A stretch of DNA of 64,000 nucleotides, from NCBI RefSeq assembly GCF_044704955.1, contig NC_091979.1:129828001-129892000 (forward strand). Direction: 5' to 3'. Source of the DNA: Pristiophorus japonicus (lineage: Eukaryota). The notes below the pieces were generated by a model. It was not told the DNA's origin. It saw nothing but the letters and a program-made list of their open reading frames with translations, and did not search any database. Below are positions 38,980 to 52,320 of the stretch, one piece after another (the stretch's first letter is position 1; each line of letters begins with the position of its first letter). Both the position numbers and the translations under genes were made by a program.

Positions 38980-39885
38980 CGGAACACAGGAACAGGACTA
39001 GGCCATTGAGTCCCTTGCGTCTGTCCCACCATTCAGCGTCTGCAACCTAACTCCATATACCCACCTGCCTTTGGCTCATATCCCTTAATAACTCTGGTTA
39101 ACAAAAAGCTATCAATCTCCAATTTAAAATTAACAATTGGCCTTGCATCAATTACTGTTTGCGGAAGAGAATTCTAAACGTCTACCACCCTTGTGTGTAG
39201 AAGTGTTTCCTGATTTCATTCCTGAAAGGTCTGGCTCCAAGTTTTAGACTATGTCCCTTAGTCCTAGAATCCCCAAGAAGCGGAAATAGTTTCTCTCGCT
39301 CTACACTATCTGTTCCCTTAATATCTTGAAATCTTCGATCAGATCACCCCTTAACTGTCTAAATTCTAGGGAATACAACCCTAATTTGTGTAATCTCTCC
39401 TCGCAGCTTACTCCTTGAAGTCTGGTAAACCTGCACTGCGTCACTCCAAGGCCAACATATCCTTCCCAGGGTTTTTCAAAATCATGAGGGGTCGAGATAG
39501 AGAGTAGATAGAGAGAAACTATTCATATTGGCCGAAGAGTCAAAGACCAGAGGACACTGATTTAAGGTGATTGGCACAAGGTCCGAAGGTGACAAGGAAA
39601 AACTTTTTTTTTTAAAAACACGACGAGTGGTTATAATCTGGAATGCACTGCCTGAAAGGGTGATGGAGGCAGATTCAATCATGGCTTTCAAAAGGGAATT
39701 AGATATGCACCTGAAGGAAAAAAAATTGCATGGCTACGGAGTAAGGGACTAGCTGAAATGTTGTAGCAGAGAGCCGGCATGGGCTCGACGGGTCAAATGG
39801 CCTCCCATTGTGCTGTAACGATTTTATGATTTTAGGTGTGGTGTCCAGAACTGCTCTCAGTGCTCCAAGTGTTGTCTAACCAGGG
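38980..39885. mobile_element. Minus-strand CR1 fragment with a plus-strand CR1 3' fragment (about 39470-39832) nested inside
   Basis: Two opposed CR1 tails; RVVIIWNALP in ORF 39567..39752. Confidence 0.7.
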
Positions 39886-41244
39886 TCTTCAGAGGTAGTC
39901 AGCAGATTCCTGTTAATGAGTTCCTATTAGCCAATTTAAATACATGCAAAATGCAACAGCTTCTTATCTCAGTGAACAGGCAGTCACTTCAAGACTCCAG
40001 AAACAACATTTAACTGACCACCAGCCTCTCCAGTTAACCAGAATGCAAAGGGATAATCGACTTGAATCTTCTGCTTTTGAGGATGTCAAATCTAGGTCTG
40101 ATTCACAAACCACCCAACTCGGCTGAGTGCAACAAGCTTTCCATTGTTAATACATTGGATTGGGGAGGATTCACAACTGAGCTATTGACAATGGACTGAA
40201 ATCTTAGGAGGAGCTCTTTGCAAGATGAAAACATATTCTCTTGCAATATATCATCTTTACACTGGCAGCTGATCTACAAACTGTATTCTTCACCATAGGC
40301 CTCACTAGGATCAAGTACAATGTATGCTTAAACTAGGAATCTTGGAATGTAGCTGCTGGCTGGCTCCAAAGTAAAATGATCTGGGCACAGAAAGAGCCCT
40401 CATGAGACAAGAATGTTGATTTGAGGACTTGCATTCAATCAAGCCTGACTAATTTGGCTTGAACGTTAAGACCGTCATCTTTTGCCATTGTAACTTGCCA
40501 TTAACAAAAAATGACCAGGTTCTGGATGTTAGTCATCTCAAACACTAAACACGTGATGTCCCACTGCAGGGATTGACTCAGTAGAGTACCTCATACTTCA
40601 ATTATACGCCTCAATGTTTGCAACTGGAGTGCATCCACCTACATACATCAAATGAAGGGCAAAGCCTTTTTACAATCCTGTATACCCGATATATTAAAAT
40701 TCATCCAGTAGACATGGTAAATAAACACAGGCCTGCAATATACACAAAGTACATTTTGTGCACAGTGCTTCTGGTTTGTTTATGTGTCGGAGGAGCAGTA
40801 GTTTGAGCCTCTATTATACAAAATTACCTGTCCTGACCTGAACTTGAACAGTACATGTAAAAACAGTTCTCCTCCCAACTCCCAGGACTAGCAAAATCAA
40901 AAATGCCTATTTTCTTAAGTCTATTTCAGAAATACTATCAAATTTGGGTACTGCATTTCTCTAAATCCACTTTAAACATGTTCAATGTGTGGTGAGGGGA
41001 TCCATTTTCTGATGTAATTAATAGGTGTAAGCTTCAAAAACTAAGGATATATTGCATAGCACCTTTGCTCAAATCAGAATATGAAGCCTAAAATAAAAGA
41101 AACAATTGCAGTTTTGTCTTCATTGTACTAATGAAAAGGTTTCAACAGGTCGAGCAGATACTATAAACATCAATTTCATAAGGATAGGTGTTTGACCTAA
41201 CCTCTATGGAATAAAATTATTTATTTAAAACATAAATTCAGTAC

Positions 41245-41341
41245 CTTTGGACCTAGTAATCCTGGTTGGTCAGCAAGAACAGTGGCAAGCTCTTTTAAGG
41301 CAGACCGCAAAAACTTGCGCCGTTCCCGGTGTAGTGGACCA
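41245..41341 (-). CDS. NCKAP1: NCKAP1-family coding exon (equiv. exon 11), 97 bp
   Basis: [32 protein letters not shown]; acceptor tag after a poly-C tract, donor gtactg. Confidence 0.95.
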
Positions 41342-42998
41342 CTAAGGGGGGGGGGGGGGGGGGAAAAAAGAGTTCTAATCAATGAAAATAAATATTAATA
41401 ACATTCAGAGGTTAGCAGAAAAGCAAAGAGAGATGTTTAACCATGAATAACCAAATATACCTTAAATACTCCCAAGTAGATACTAGTTCCTAAATGAACC
41501 ACATTAAATTTTCTTATACATTTCTGTACAGACTGCCCATAATATTAAATCAGAGGAGAATTCCCCACAGGAAGACAAAGCCAACCAATGTGTGTTTTTA
41601 TGTATGTGTTAATTTACTAGCACAATCTCAGTCAGTGTTAATGCATAAAAAACATTTTCTGCCATGATAACACTGTTCCACTTTGGGTAGCTGTACTGTC
41701 ATTTGGAAGAAAGGTGCTTGGCAGTTTCAGCACAAATCCAAGGCATATAATGTCCTTTACACTTAGAGCTAATCTTTTGAATATTTTTTGCATATGTCTT
41801 TACTGTGATGTTCTCTATCTATAAAACCAATACTGGACTAAACAGCAAATTACATTGCATTTAATTCTATTCCATGCCTATTTAGTTCAACACCAATTGT
41901 ACTAATCAGTCTTGCTCAGGAAAACCACATTTTGCTTTTTCTTAAGTACGGTTTGTAAAAGAAATACATATCAAATAATTTCAGATCTGTTAATTAGGTC
42001 TGTGGTTATCTCCAACTAGATTAAAAAGTAGCATTATTATTCCCAAATGATAAAAAGTGACTGGTTCATCACATTGTAATTAATTTTTAAATCCTCCAGG
42101 GGTTACAATAATAATTTTTATCCTCTGACATCAATAATGGAAGATGGCTGTCCACGGGTATATTCAATGACACCTCAAACTCTGAATATGTATTGAATCA
42201 CTTCTGAGTCCTCCACTCTTGAGTGAATTGTGCAAAGCACTTGCAGCTATGTTGTCTACCCCAATTAAGTATTGCGCTGAGAGCACCAATGAGCCAGTTG
42301 GGTCAAATCCTAACAGAGGGGCCATTAGCAAATCCCTTTCTTTTTTTTAAAAACATGTTAGACGTCTTCAAGATTGTGAAGTGTTAGAGAATAAATTACT
42401 TCCACTGATTGGCCAAATGGTAACGAGACAATATATATTCAAGATAACACAAAGAATTAAAGGCAAAGATTTTTTTTTTAAAGGCAGAGGTTGGTTAGAA
42501 TTGGAATTTTCTACCACAAACTGTTGATGCATAGTCCCTAAGTACTTCAAGAGGGGAATTTGGTAGTTGCTTGAAAAGATTATAAAGATTACTGGGAGCA
42601 AAACGAGTATTGGTATTGGACAAGGTAAGGTGGCTCATGTGAAAAAAAAACAGCGCAAATTTGGTGGTGTGAACGGCCTGTTTCTGTGAGGTAGCATTCT
42701 ACAATTCTAGGGGTCACACAACTCACTTATGTTTGTCATAGGCCAATTGCTAGTCATGATTTTTTAAAGTGGCAGACGGGGACATGTTAAGTACACTGGT
42801 GGGTTTACAAACATTCACATTAAAGTGGAAATTGTATGTCCAATACATGACAAATATTCATGAAATGTATCATTATCCTTCTGTCTGATTACTTTGGCCA
42901 GATACTCGGGCTTTTTAAAAAAAAAATATTGTATCATTTCCTTTTTTGAAGAGTTTTAAACACCTTCAAAATCAACTGCAAACTTTAAATTTACTCAC

Positions 42999-43055
42999 GC
43001 GTGTGATAATGCCGTCTCTCTGCATTCACGTATATCAGCTATACGTTTGTTGTAG
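42999..43055 (-). CDS. NCKAP1: NCKAP1-family coding exon (equiv. exon 10), 57 bp
   Basis: YNKRIADIRECRETALSH(A); acceptor tag, donor gtgagt. Confidence 0.93.
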
Positions 43056-44242
43056 CTATGAAAATGAAGTACAAGCTTAATTGATCACCATTGTCAATTT
43101 TGATTGAAATTCAAAATACTTATAAACCCAAAATAAGCACATAATGAAATTTACATTTGTAAAAGCTGGAAACAAGTACTGAATGATTTGGTGATCCATT
43201 TCTTTGAAGAAAAAGTGCATTTTTAAAAACATTTAATCAAATTTTAATCAAAAGGTACAAATCAGTGTGGTATTATGAAGAGACTAGGGATTAATATTTC
43301 TTTGGTAACTAAGGTCATTTAAAACCAACCCCATATTTGTTTCAGCTTCAGAATTTATAATTTCATCATGTGTTTATTTTGGAAATGTAAACCATAAGAA
43401 AGCACCACGAGATTAAAAAAAAGACTGAATTTTATCTTTTATGCAAGTTAAATCCAATGAGCCTCAGCCATTTACAATTATGTCGGCATAATGATTCCAA
43501 ATGTATTTGTTTCCTAGGCCATTTGGGGGAAAAGAAAATCTTTGGAGCAGACATGAATACTGTAGTGTCGAAAGTAGCAAATTTTGTAAGCAATTTAAGA
43601 GAACTTAACAGTACAGAAGCGACAAATTCCAACTTCTTCAACCCACCCTAACAATTTTGAAGCAAATATGACTACACACCAGTTAATGCTTATCTATATA
43701 AACAAATACAGATCACTAATAAATATGCTTTAAATAAATATCCAAGACACAAAAATATTGACCAGAATTCCCATAGGATGAGCAAACTTTGGGGAATACT
43801 TAAAAAGCAAGATTTATGGGGAATGCAGCTGTATAACTAGTGCAGCTATGTATCACCACTGAAATACAGCAATTTTACAATTAAATTATCTTGCAACGGG
43901 TTTATCAAGGATAATTAAACAATCCAGGCTCCTTTTTCAAATGCTTTTGCCCCCACCCCACAAATATTTTTTTTTAAAAAAACATTACACATCACAATAT
44001 GCACCTGGAACACCATTTACTATTGTCAAGCAACATAATAAAATAGCATAATCTAACAATCTTTGTTTTCATTATGCATAAAAAACATTTTGTTGCAATG
44101 TATATTCCAATAGAATACTGCCCGATTAGTTTGGCAACATTTACTTTACTTTAGTTACTGGTTACTTTAGTACCCGTCACAAATTATACATTAATGTACA
44201 CTAGCCTTTGTACAAGTAACAAATTCTAAAGAAATATATTAC

Positions 44243-44399
44243 CCTTTTATGTTCATGAACAAATCTTCTGCAACTTTGTGAACATGGAACACTTCATCTC
44301 TGAAGAGGGCAAGACAGGAGCTGCTCTGCAGGGCAATCTTCCACAGATTCAGAGCTGCTGTATCGGAGTTCAGGTTTCCATGGCACAGGATAAAGCCAA
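44243..44399 (-). CDS. NCKAP1: NCKAP1-family coding exon (equiv. exon 9), 157 bp
   Basis: [51 protein letters not shown](G) (in ORF 44239..44454); acceptor tag, donor gtaata. Confidence 0.95.
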
Positions 44400-44814
44400 C
44401 TAATAAAAACGTAAAATATGTCCTTGCATCACATTTACATGAACTAAATATCAAAATGTTTCATACTTCACATTAGAAATATTTTGCACTACAATGTAAC
44501 TCAAAGCCATTTGCTTTATTACCAACTGAAATACTATTTTTTTAAATTATTGAGGTAAGTCATCAATTATTCACCCCAATGAAAAGGATCTCCCCCCATT
44601 CACTAGCAGATACTGAAAATTGATAGATAACAGATACCATTAGAATATGCGCTGGAATAACCAGCTGAGCGGGGGGGGGGGGGGGCAGGGGGGAGTGGAG
44701 GAGTCTCTATGTATGACTCGGCTTACATTTTATTTCCTCTTAAATTTTGTGAGTTATGATTCTTTAGCTGACAATGGATTTGAACAGAAACTGCATTCTC
44801 CATGTAGAAGAAAA

Positions 44815-46248
44815 ATGTAACTATTCCCTGACCACCACCCTTGATGCTCTAGTCCCTGTTAAATCAATTACTCTCTCACCCTGGCCATTCCCCCTGTACA
44901 GTCCTGATCTTCGCTCCCTTAAATCCAAGGGACGCAGACTTGAATGGATATGGCGGACAACTGGTTTAACCATTCACCGCCAGATCTGGCTGGACCACAA
45001 GGTATTATCGGGTCCTGCTACCGTCTGCCAAAATTGCAACTATTCCAGAATCATTGACATCCTTTGTGACTGACAAAGGCAAACTATCCCTCCTCATCCT
45101 TCTTGACTTGTCTGCAGCCTTTGACATAGTTGACCACTCTGGCATTCTCCAACGCCTCTCCACCGTTGTCCAACTGGGTGGGACTGCAATCCCCTGGTTC
45201 CATTCTTATCGACCTAATCGTAGCCAGAAAATTACCAGCAATGGCTTCTCTTCCCACTCCTGCAGCGTTACCTTTGGTGTCCCTCAAGGATCTATCCTTA
45301 GCCCCCTCCTATTTCTCATCTACATGCTGCGCCTTGGCGACATCATCCGAAAACACAGCATCAGTTACATGTGCACTGATGACACCCAGCTCTACCTCAC
45401 TACCACTTCTCTCTCCCCTCCACGGTCTCTAAATTGTCAGACTGCTTATCCGAGAACCAATTCTGGATGACTGAAGCCAATGTTTTCGGTCCCCGCCACA
45501 AACTCAGTTCCCTAGCCACAGACTCCAACCCTCTCCCCAACCTCTGTCTGAGGCTGAACGAGACTGTTCGCAACCTCATATTTGACCCTGAAATGAGCTT
45601 TCGACCACATATCCGCAGCATAACCAAGAACGCCTATTTTTACCTCTGTAAAATCGCCCGTCTCCGCCCTTGCATCACAGTTCATCCGCTGCTGAAGCCC
45701 TCATCCATACCTTTGTTACCTCTGAACTTGACTATTCCAACGCACACCTGGCTGGCCTCACACATTCTACCCTACCTAAACGAGAGGTAATCCAAAACTC
45801 AGCTGCCCATGTCCTAACTTGCACCAAGTCCCGCTCACCCATTGCCCCGTGCTCGCTGACCTACATTGGCTTCCAGTTAAGCACCGCCTCGATTTCAAAA
45901 TTCTCATCCTTGTTTTCAAATCCCTCCATGGCCTCACCCCTCCTTATCTCTAATCTCCTCCTGCTCCATAACACTCCAAGATATTCTGCCCTCTTGAGCA
46001 TCCCAAATTATAATCGTTCACCATTGGTGGCCGTGCCTTCTGTTGCTTGGGTCCCAAGCTCTGCAACTCCCTGCCTAAACCTCTCTGCCTCTTTCCTCCT
46101 TCAAAACACACCTCTTAGATAAAGGTTTTTGCCATAATTTCTCCGTATGCGACTCGGTGCCAACTTTTTAAAATCTCAATACTCCTGTGAAGCACCCTGG
46201 GATGTTTCACTACGTTAAAGGCGATATATAAATACAAGTTGTTGTTGA
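44815..46248 (+). mobile_element. L2 LINE fragment
   Basis: LLDLSAAFDIVDH, GVPQGSILSP, DDTQLY; tail ataaatacaagttgttgttg. Confidence 0.9.
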
Positions 46249-46479
46249 TTTGTGCACCTCGTTCACTGATTCTGGTTTTAATGTCCTTTTCCTCTCTCTC
46301 CTTACGTTAACTCTCCAAATTCCTCTGAACAGCTATTCAATGTGCTTGTACTGCTGCTTCTTCCAGTTTGGTTCACTTGTCTCACCTTGCCATAAAAAAT
46401 GTTGTGCCTGAGCAAGAAGGCAGATAATGAAGCCTAGTTGATAGGCCAAGGCAACTGTGGTCTGCACAGATTGATTTTA

Positions 46480-47882
46480 AACAGAGTCTATCAACTCTGG
46501 ATCAGTTCCTATGGACTGGAGAGTAGCTAATGTAACACCAATTTTTTTTAAAAAGGAGGGAGAGAGAAAATGGCTAATTATAGACCGGTTAGCCTGACAT
46601 CAGTAGTGGGGAAAATGTTGGAATCAATTATTAAAGATGAAATAGCAGCGCATTTGGAAAGTAGTGACAGGATCGGTTCAAGTCAACATGGATTTATGAA
46701 AGGGAAATCATGCTTGACAAATCTTCGAAATGTTTTGAGGATGTAACTAGTAGAGTGGACAAGGGGGAACCAGTGGACTTTCAAAAGGCTTTTGACAAGT
46801 TCCCACACAAGAGATTGGTGTGCAAAATCAAAGCACATGGTATTGGGGGTAATGTACTGATGTGGATAGAGAACTGGTTGGCAGACAGGAAGCAGAGTCG
46901 GGATAAACGGGTCCTTTTCAGAATGGCAGGCAGTGACTAGTGGGGTGCTGCAGGGCTCAGTGCTGGGACCCAAGCTAGTTACAATATACATTAATGATTT
47001 GGATGAAGGAATTGAGTGTAATATCTCCAAGTTTGCAGAAGACACTAAACTGGGTGGCGTTGTGAGCTGTGAGGATGCTAAGGTGCTTCATGGTGACTTG
47101 GGACAGGTTAAGCGAGTGGAAAAATGCATGGCAGATGCCGTATAATGTGGATAAATGTGAGGTTATCCACTTTAGGGGCAAAAAACACGAAAGCAGATTA
47201 TCTGAATGGCGGCAGATTAGGAGAAAGTGAGGTGCAACGAGACCTTGGTGTCATGGTACATCAGTCATTGAAAGTTGACAAGCTAGGGGTTTTGAGTATA
47301 GGAGCAGGGAGGTCTTACTGCAGTTGTACAGGACCCTGGTGAGGCCTCATCTGGAATATTGTGTTCAGTTTTGGTCTCCTAATCTGAGGGAGTGCAGCGA
47401 AGGTTTACCAGACTGATTTCCGGGGTGGCTGGACTGACATATGAGGAGAGGCTGGATCGACTGGGCCTTTATTCACTGGAGTTTAGAAGGATGAGAGGAG
47501 ATCTCATAGAAACATATAAAATTCTGACGGGACTGGACAGGTTAGATGCTGGAAGAATGTTCCTGATGTTGGGGAAGTCCAGAACCAGAGGACACAGTCT
47601 AAGGATAAGGGGTAAGCTATTTAGGACTGAGATGAGGAGAAACTTCTTCACTCAGAGTTGTTAACCTGTGGAATTCCCTGCCGCAGAGAGTTGTTGATGC
47701 CAGTTCATTGGGTATATTCAAGAGGGAGTTAGATAGGGCCCTTACGGCTAAAGGGATCAAGGGATATGGAGAGAAAGCAGGAAAGGGGTACTGAGGTAAT
47801 GATCAGCCATGATCTTATTGAATGGTGGTGCAGGCTCGAAGGGCCGAATGGCCTACTCCTGCACCTATTCTCTGTTTCTATG
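46480..47882 (+). mobile_element. 5'-truncated CR1 LINE
   Basis: RT motifs with frameshifts; CR1 3' UTR. Confidence 0.9.
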
Positions 47883-48022
47883 CTTCAAAAGAAAGTGTTG
47901 AACATGGGAATGTGGAGCAGAGGGGGAAGGAGGTGTTGCTTTTTGATTAATACTTGGGAGTGCTTTGTGTTACAGGTAAATATTGAATTTAATCTACATA
48001 TAAACTTAAACTAGATCAAATA

Positions 48023-48853
48023 ATTAGAGTATCTAAGGACACATCATCCACACAGGCTGCAAGAACCTCATACTTGTTGGATAAAGACAAAGGTCGAGGC
48101 TTCTCCAGCACTGCACCTGAAGTCCCCTTATTGCATGAGTTGCAGTCACACCTTCCTGTCCCTGACCACTAACCAGACCTGGACCACTACCTAATCTAAG
48201 GGGTCTGAGTGCCTCCTGGACCAAAGTGACCAGGTAACTCTTTCCCCCTCCCTAATGCTCCGCAATGTCTGCACCTCGGACTGCAGCTCAACAACTCTGA
48301 GCTGAAGTTCCTCGAGATGCAGACACTGAGTACAGACATGGTCGTCCAGGATCGCAATGCTTTTCTTGAGAACAAATAATTAGCTAAAAACTAAACTACC
48401 AGCTAAATTAATTAAATACATCAATCGTAATTAACTAAACAAATAAAACAAGGTTCGAGAGGGATGGCAGTGCAGGTGATGTGCCGCAACAGTAGCATGT
48501 GGAAGTTTGAGAAAAGCATCGCGATCCCAGACGACCATGTCTGTACTAAGTGTCTGCATCTCAATGAACTTCAGCTCAAAGTTGTTGAGCTGCAGTCCGA
48601 GGTGCAGACATTGCGGGGCATCAGGGAGGTGGAAAGAGTTACCTGGTCACTTTGGTCCAGGAGGCAGTCAGTCCCCTTAGATTAGGTACTGGTACAGGTC
48701 TGGTTAGTGGTCAGGGACAGGAAGGTGTGACTGCAACTCATGCAGTAAGGGGACTTCAGGTGCAGTGCTGGAGGAGCCTCGGCCTTTGTCTTTATCCAAC
48801 AAGTATGAGGTTCTTGCAGCCTGTGTGGATGATGTGTCCTTAGATACTCTAAT
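48023..48853. repeat. About 345-bp inverted repeat (arms about 48023-48367 and 48509-48853)
   Basis: ORFs 48033..48224(-) and 48652..48843(+) are nearly identical; arms roughly 95% identical by eye. Confidence 0.92.
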
Positions 48854-49063
48854 AATGACTCCACGAGGCAATGTGTTGTACTTCAACTGCAGTGACCATA
48901 GTCCTTTATTTGCTAACTCCAGTGTGAGGATCACAGCTGGTTGTCTGCCTTTTATCCCTGGCCAGGCACACCTGTATAGGTAACCTACAAGTCTCCCACT
49001 GCTGTGCCCTCTGGTGGCACACCTTGTGATAGTACCAACAGTAGCCATGTAGGATACATGACA
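48833..49063 (-). mobile_element. Solo LTR (Gypsy-like), 231 bp
   Basis: TG...CA termini, 5-bp TSD GATGA, AATAAA on the minus strand; interrupts CR1 ORF1. Confidence 0.85.
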
Positions 49064-52000
49064 GATGAGAGCAAAATCTGCAGGGTGGATGAGCAAACTG
49101 ACAACAGCACGTTGGTACAGCAGGCTATCCAAGTAGGTGGAGTGAAAAGAAATGTTGTAGTGGTAGGGGACAGTATAGTCAGGTAGATAGATACTGTTCT
49201 CTGCAGCCGCGACCGGGAGTTGCGAAGGCTGTGTTGCCTGCCCCGATGCCAGGATTAAGAATATCTCCTCGCGGCTGGAAAAGAATTTGGAATGGGAGGG
49301 GGAGGATCCAGTTGCCATGGCCCACATCGGAACCAATGACATAGATAGAACTAGGAATGAGGTTCTGCTGAGAGCGTTTAATGAGATAGGGTCCAAATTA
49401 AAAAGCAGAACCTCAAAGGATTGCCACGTGCAAATTGGCATAGGGGCAAGCAGATCAGATAGTTAAATGCATGGCTCAAAGAGTGGTGTGGGAGGAAGCG
49501 ATTTTGATTCATGGGACACTGGCACCAGTACCGGGGAAAGATGAAGCTGTTCTGTTGGGACGGTCTCCACTTGAACTGGGCTGGGACCACAGTCCTGGCG
49601 AATCGAATAAACTAAGCTAAACAGGAAAGACGGGTGGGGGGGGAAGCGGAGAAAAACAGGTCTGAGGGATAATTTAGAAATCGAGAGAAATGTGAAGGCA
49701 ATGGAGCAGTGTAGCGATTTGAGTGAAGATAAGCAGAGTGCGACAGAAAGGAACAGAGAGTTCAATGGTGAAAGTGCATCAGCAAATAAGGTGAAAGCAG
49801 GGAATAATGGTTAAAAAGTTAAAATTAAAGGTTCTTTATCTGAATGCACAAAGCATTCCTAACAAGATATAGACGAATTCGTGGCACAAAGAGAGATAAA
49901 TGGCTTTGATCGAATAGCCTTTAGAGATGTGGTTGCAAGGTGACCAAGGCTGGGAACTAAATATTCCAGGATTCTTGACTGTTAGAAACGATAAGCACAA
50001 TGGAAAAGGATGGGGCGGGGGTAGCCATTATATGAAAGAATGACGTAAGGATGAAGTAGTGAGAAAGGATCTCAGCTTGGAAAATCAGGAAGTAAAATCA
50101 GCATGGGAGGATAAAAGAAATAACAGGGCAGAAAACACTGGAAAGAGTAGTTTATAGGCCCCAACAGTTTCGATACAATTGCATAAAGTATTAACCAACA
50201 AATAACAGGAGCTTGTTACAAAGGTAATACAATAATCATGGGGGACTTTAATCTTCATATAGACTGAGCAAATCAAATTGGCAAAGGTAGACTGGAGGAC
50301 GTATGAGTGGAATACATTCGAGACAGTTTCCCAGAACAATGTCATTGAACCAACCAGGGAACAGGCTCTTTTAGATCTTGTACTGTGTAATGAGACAGTT
50401 ATTTAGTAATCACATAGTAAAAGGATCCTCTGGGGAAGCGTGATCATATGTTAAATTTCACACTGAGTTGGAGTGTGAAATACTTCAGTCGGAAAGTCAA
50501 TTATATCGGTATGAGGGGCGAGTTAGCCAAGGTAGAATAGAAAATAAGATTAAAAAGGAATGAGGGTAGATAAGCAATGGCAAACATTTAAAGAAATATT
50601 CCAAAGTAGTTAAGGATAGTATGATATTAAAAAAGGCTTTTAATGTGAAGAATAGGAGTAAGCCGGAGGTTTGGGAGAACTTTAGAAACCAGCGAAGGAT
50701 GACCAAAATATTGATCAAAAGGGAGAAAATAGAATGAGAGTAAACTAACATGAAGTATAAAAACAGATTGTAAGAGATTCTACAAGTATGTAAAAAGGAA
50801 GAGAGTAGCAAAAGTAAGAGTTGGTCCCTTAGAGGCTGAGACAGGTGAAATTATAATGAGAAATAAGGAAATAACAGAAACATTAAACAAGTATTTTATA
50901 AATGCCTTTGAATGCAGAGTAGAAGACACAAAAAGCATACAAAAAATTGTGGGGAAACCAAGGGGCTAATAAGCGTGAGGAGCTTAAAGTAATTAGTTTC
51001 TGTAGAGAAGTAGTACTTGAGAAATTAATAGGACTAAAAGCTGACAAATCCCTGGACCTGGTGGCCAACATCCTAGGTTTCTAAAAGAGGTGGCTACAAA
51101 GGTAGTGGATGCATTGGTGGCCATCTTCCAAAATTCCCTAGTTTCTCGAACAGTGCCAGCGACTTGGAAGGTAGCAAATGTAACTCCGCTATTCAAGAAA
51201 GGAGGGAGAGAGAAAACAGGGAACCACAGGCCAGTTAGCCTTGACGTCAGTCGGCAGGAAAATGCTGGAATCCATTATTAAAGAAGTGGTAACAGGGCAC
51301 CTAGAAAATCATAATATGATTAGGCAGAGTCAACATGGTTTTATGAAAGGGAAATAGTGTTAAATTTATTATAGTTTTTTTTTGAGGATGTAACTAGCAG
51401 GGTAGATAAAGTGGAACTAGTGGATATAGTATATTTGGATTTCCCAAGGACATTTGATAAGGTGCTACATAAATGATTGCTACGCAAGGTATGGGCTCAT
51501 GGGGTTGGGAGTAATATATTAGCATGGATAGAAAATTGGTTAACAGACAGAAAACAGAAAGTAGGGATAAACGGGTAATTTTTCGGTTGGTAGGCTGTAA
51601 CTAGTGGGGCTGCCGCAAGGATTAGTGCTTGGGCCTCAGCTATTTACAATGTATATTAATTACTTAGATGAAGGGACAGATGCAATGTATCCAAGTTTGC
51701 TGACAATACAAAGCTAGGTGGGAAAGTAAGCTGCGTGGAGGACAAAGAGCCTGCAAAGTGATATAGGCAGGTTAAGTGAGTGGGCAATAAGGTGGCAGAT
51801 AGAGTATGGAGTATAATGTGGGGAAATGAGAGATTATTCACTTTGGTAGGAAGAATAGAAAAACAGAATTTTTTTTTAAATGGTGAGAAACTATTAAATG
51901 TTGCTATTCAGAGACTTAGGTGGCCTCATGCAGGAAACAGAGTTAGCATGCAGGTACAGCAAGCAATTAGGAAGGCAAATGGCATGTTGGCCTTTACTGC

Positions 52001-52320
52001 AAGGGGATTGGAGGACAAGAGTAAGGAAATCTTACTACAATGTACAGGGCTTTGGTGAGACCACACCTGGAGTACTGTGCACAGTTTTGGTTTCCTTATC
52101 TGAGAAAGGATATATTTGCCTTCGAGGCAGTGCAACAAAGGTTCACAAGATTGATTCCTGGGATGAAAGTGTTGCCCAAGAGGAGAAATTGAATAGATTG
52201 GCCTTATAGTTCAGAAGAATGAAAGGTGATCTCATTGAAACATACAAGATTCTCAGGGCAATTGACAGTAGATGCTGAGAAGTTGTTTCCCCAGGCTGGG
52301 GGGCATAGTCTTAGGATAAA

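Larger units (their letters stand above)
47905..52320 (+). mobile_element. Near full-length degenerate CR1 (5' UTR, ORF1, ORF2)
   Basis: ORF1 N-terminus MAVQVMC..HVCTKC (Cys/zipper region), VVVGDSIVR and HIGTND esterase motifs; decayed EN/RT. Confidence 0.85.
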
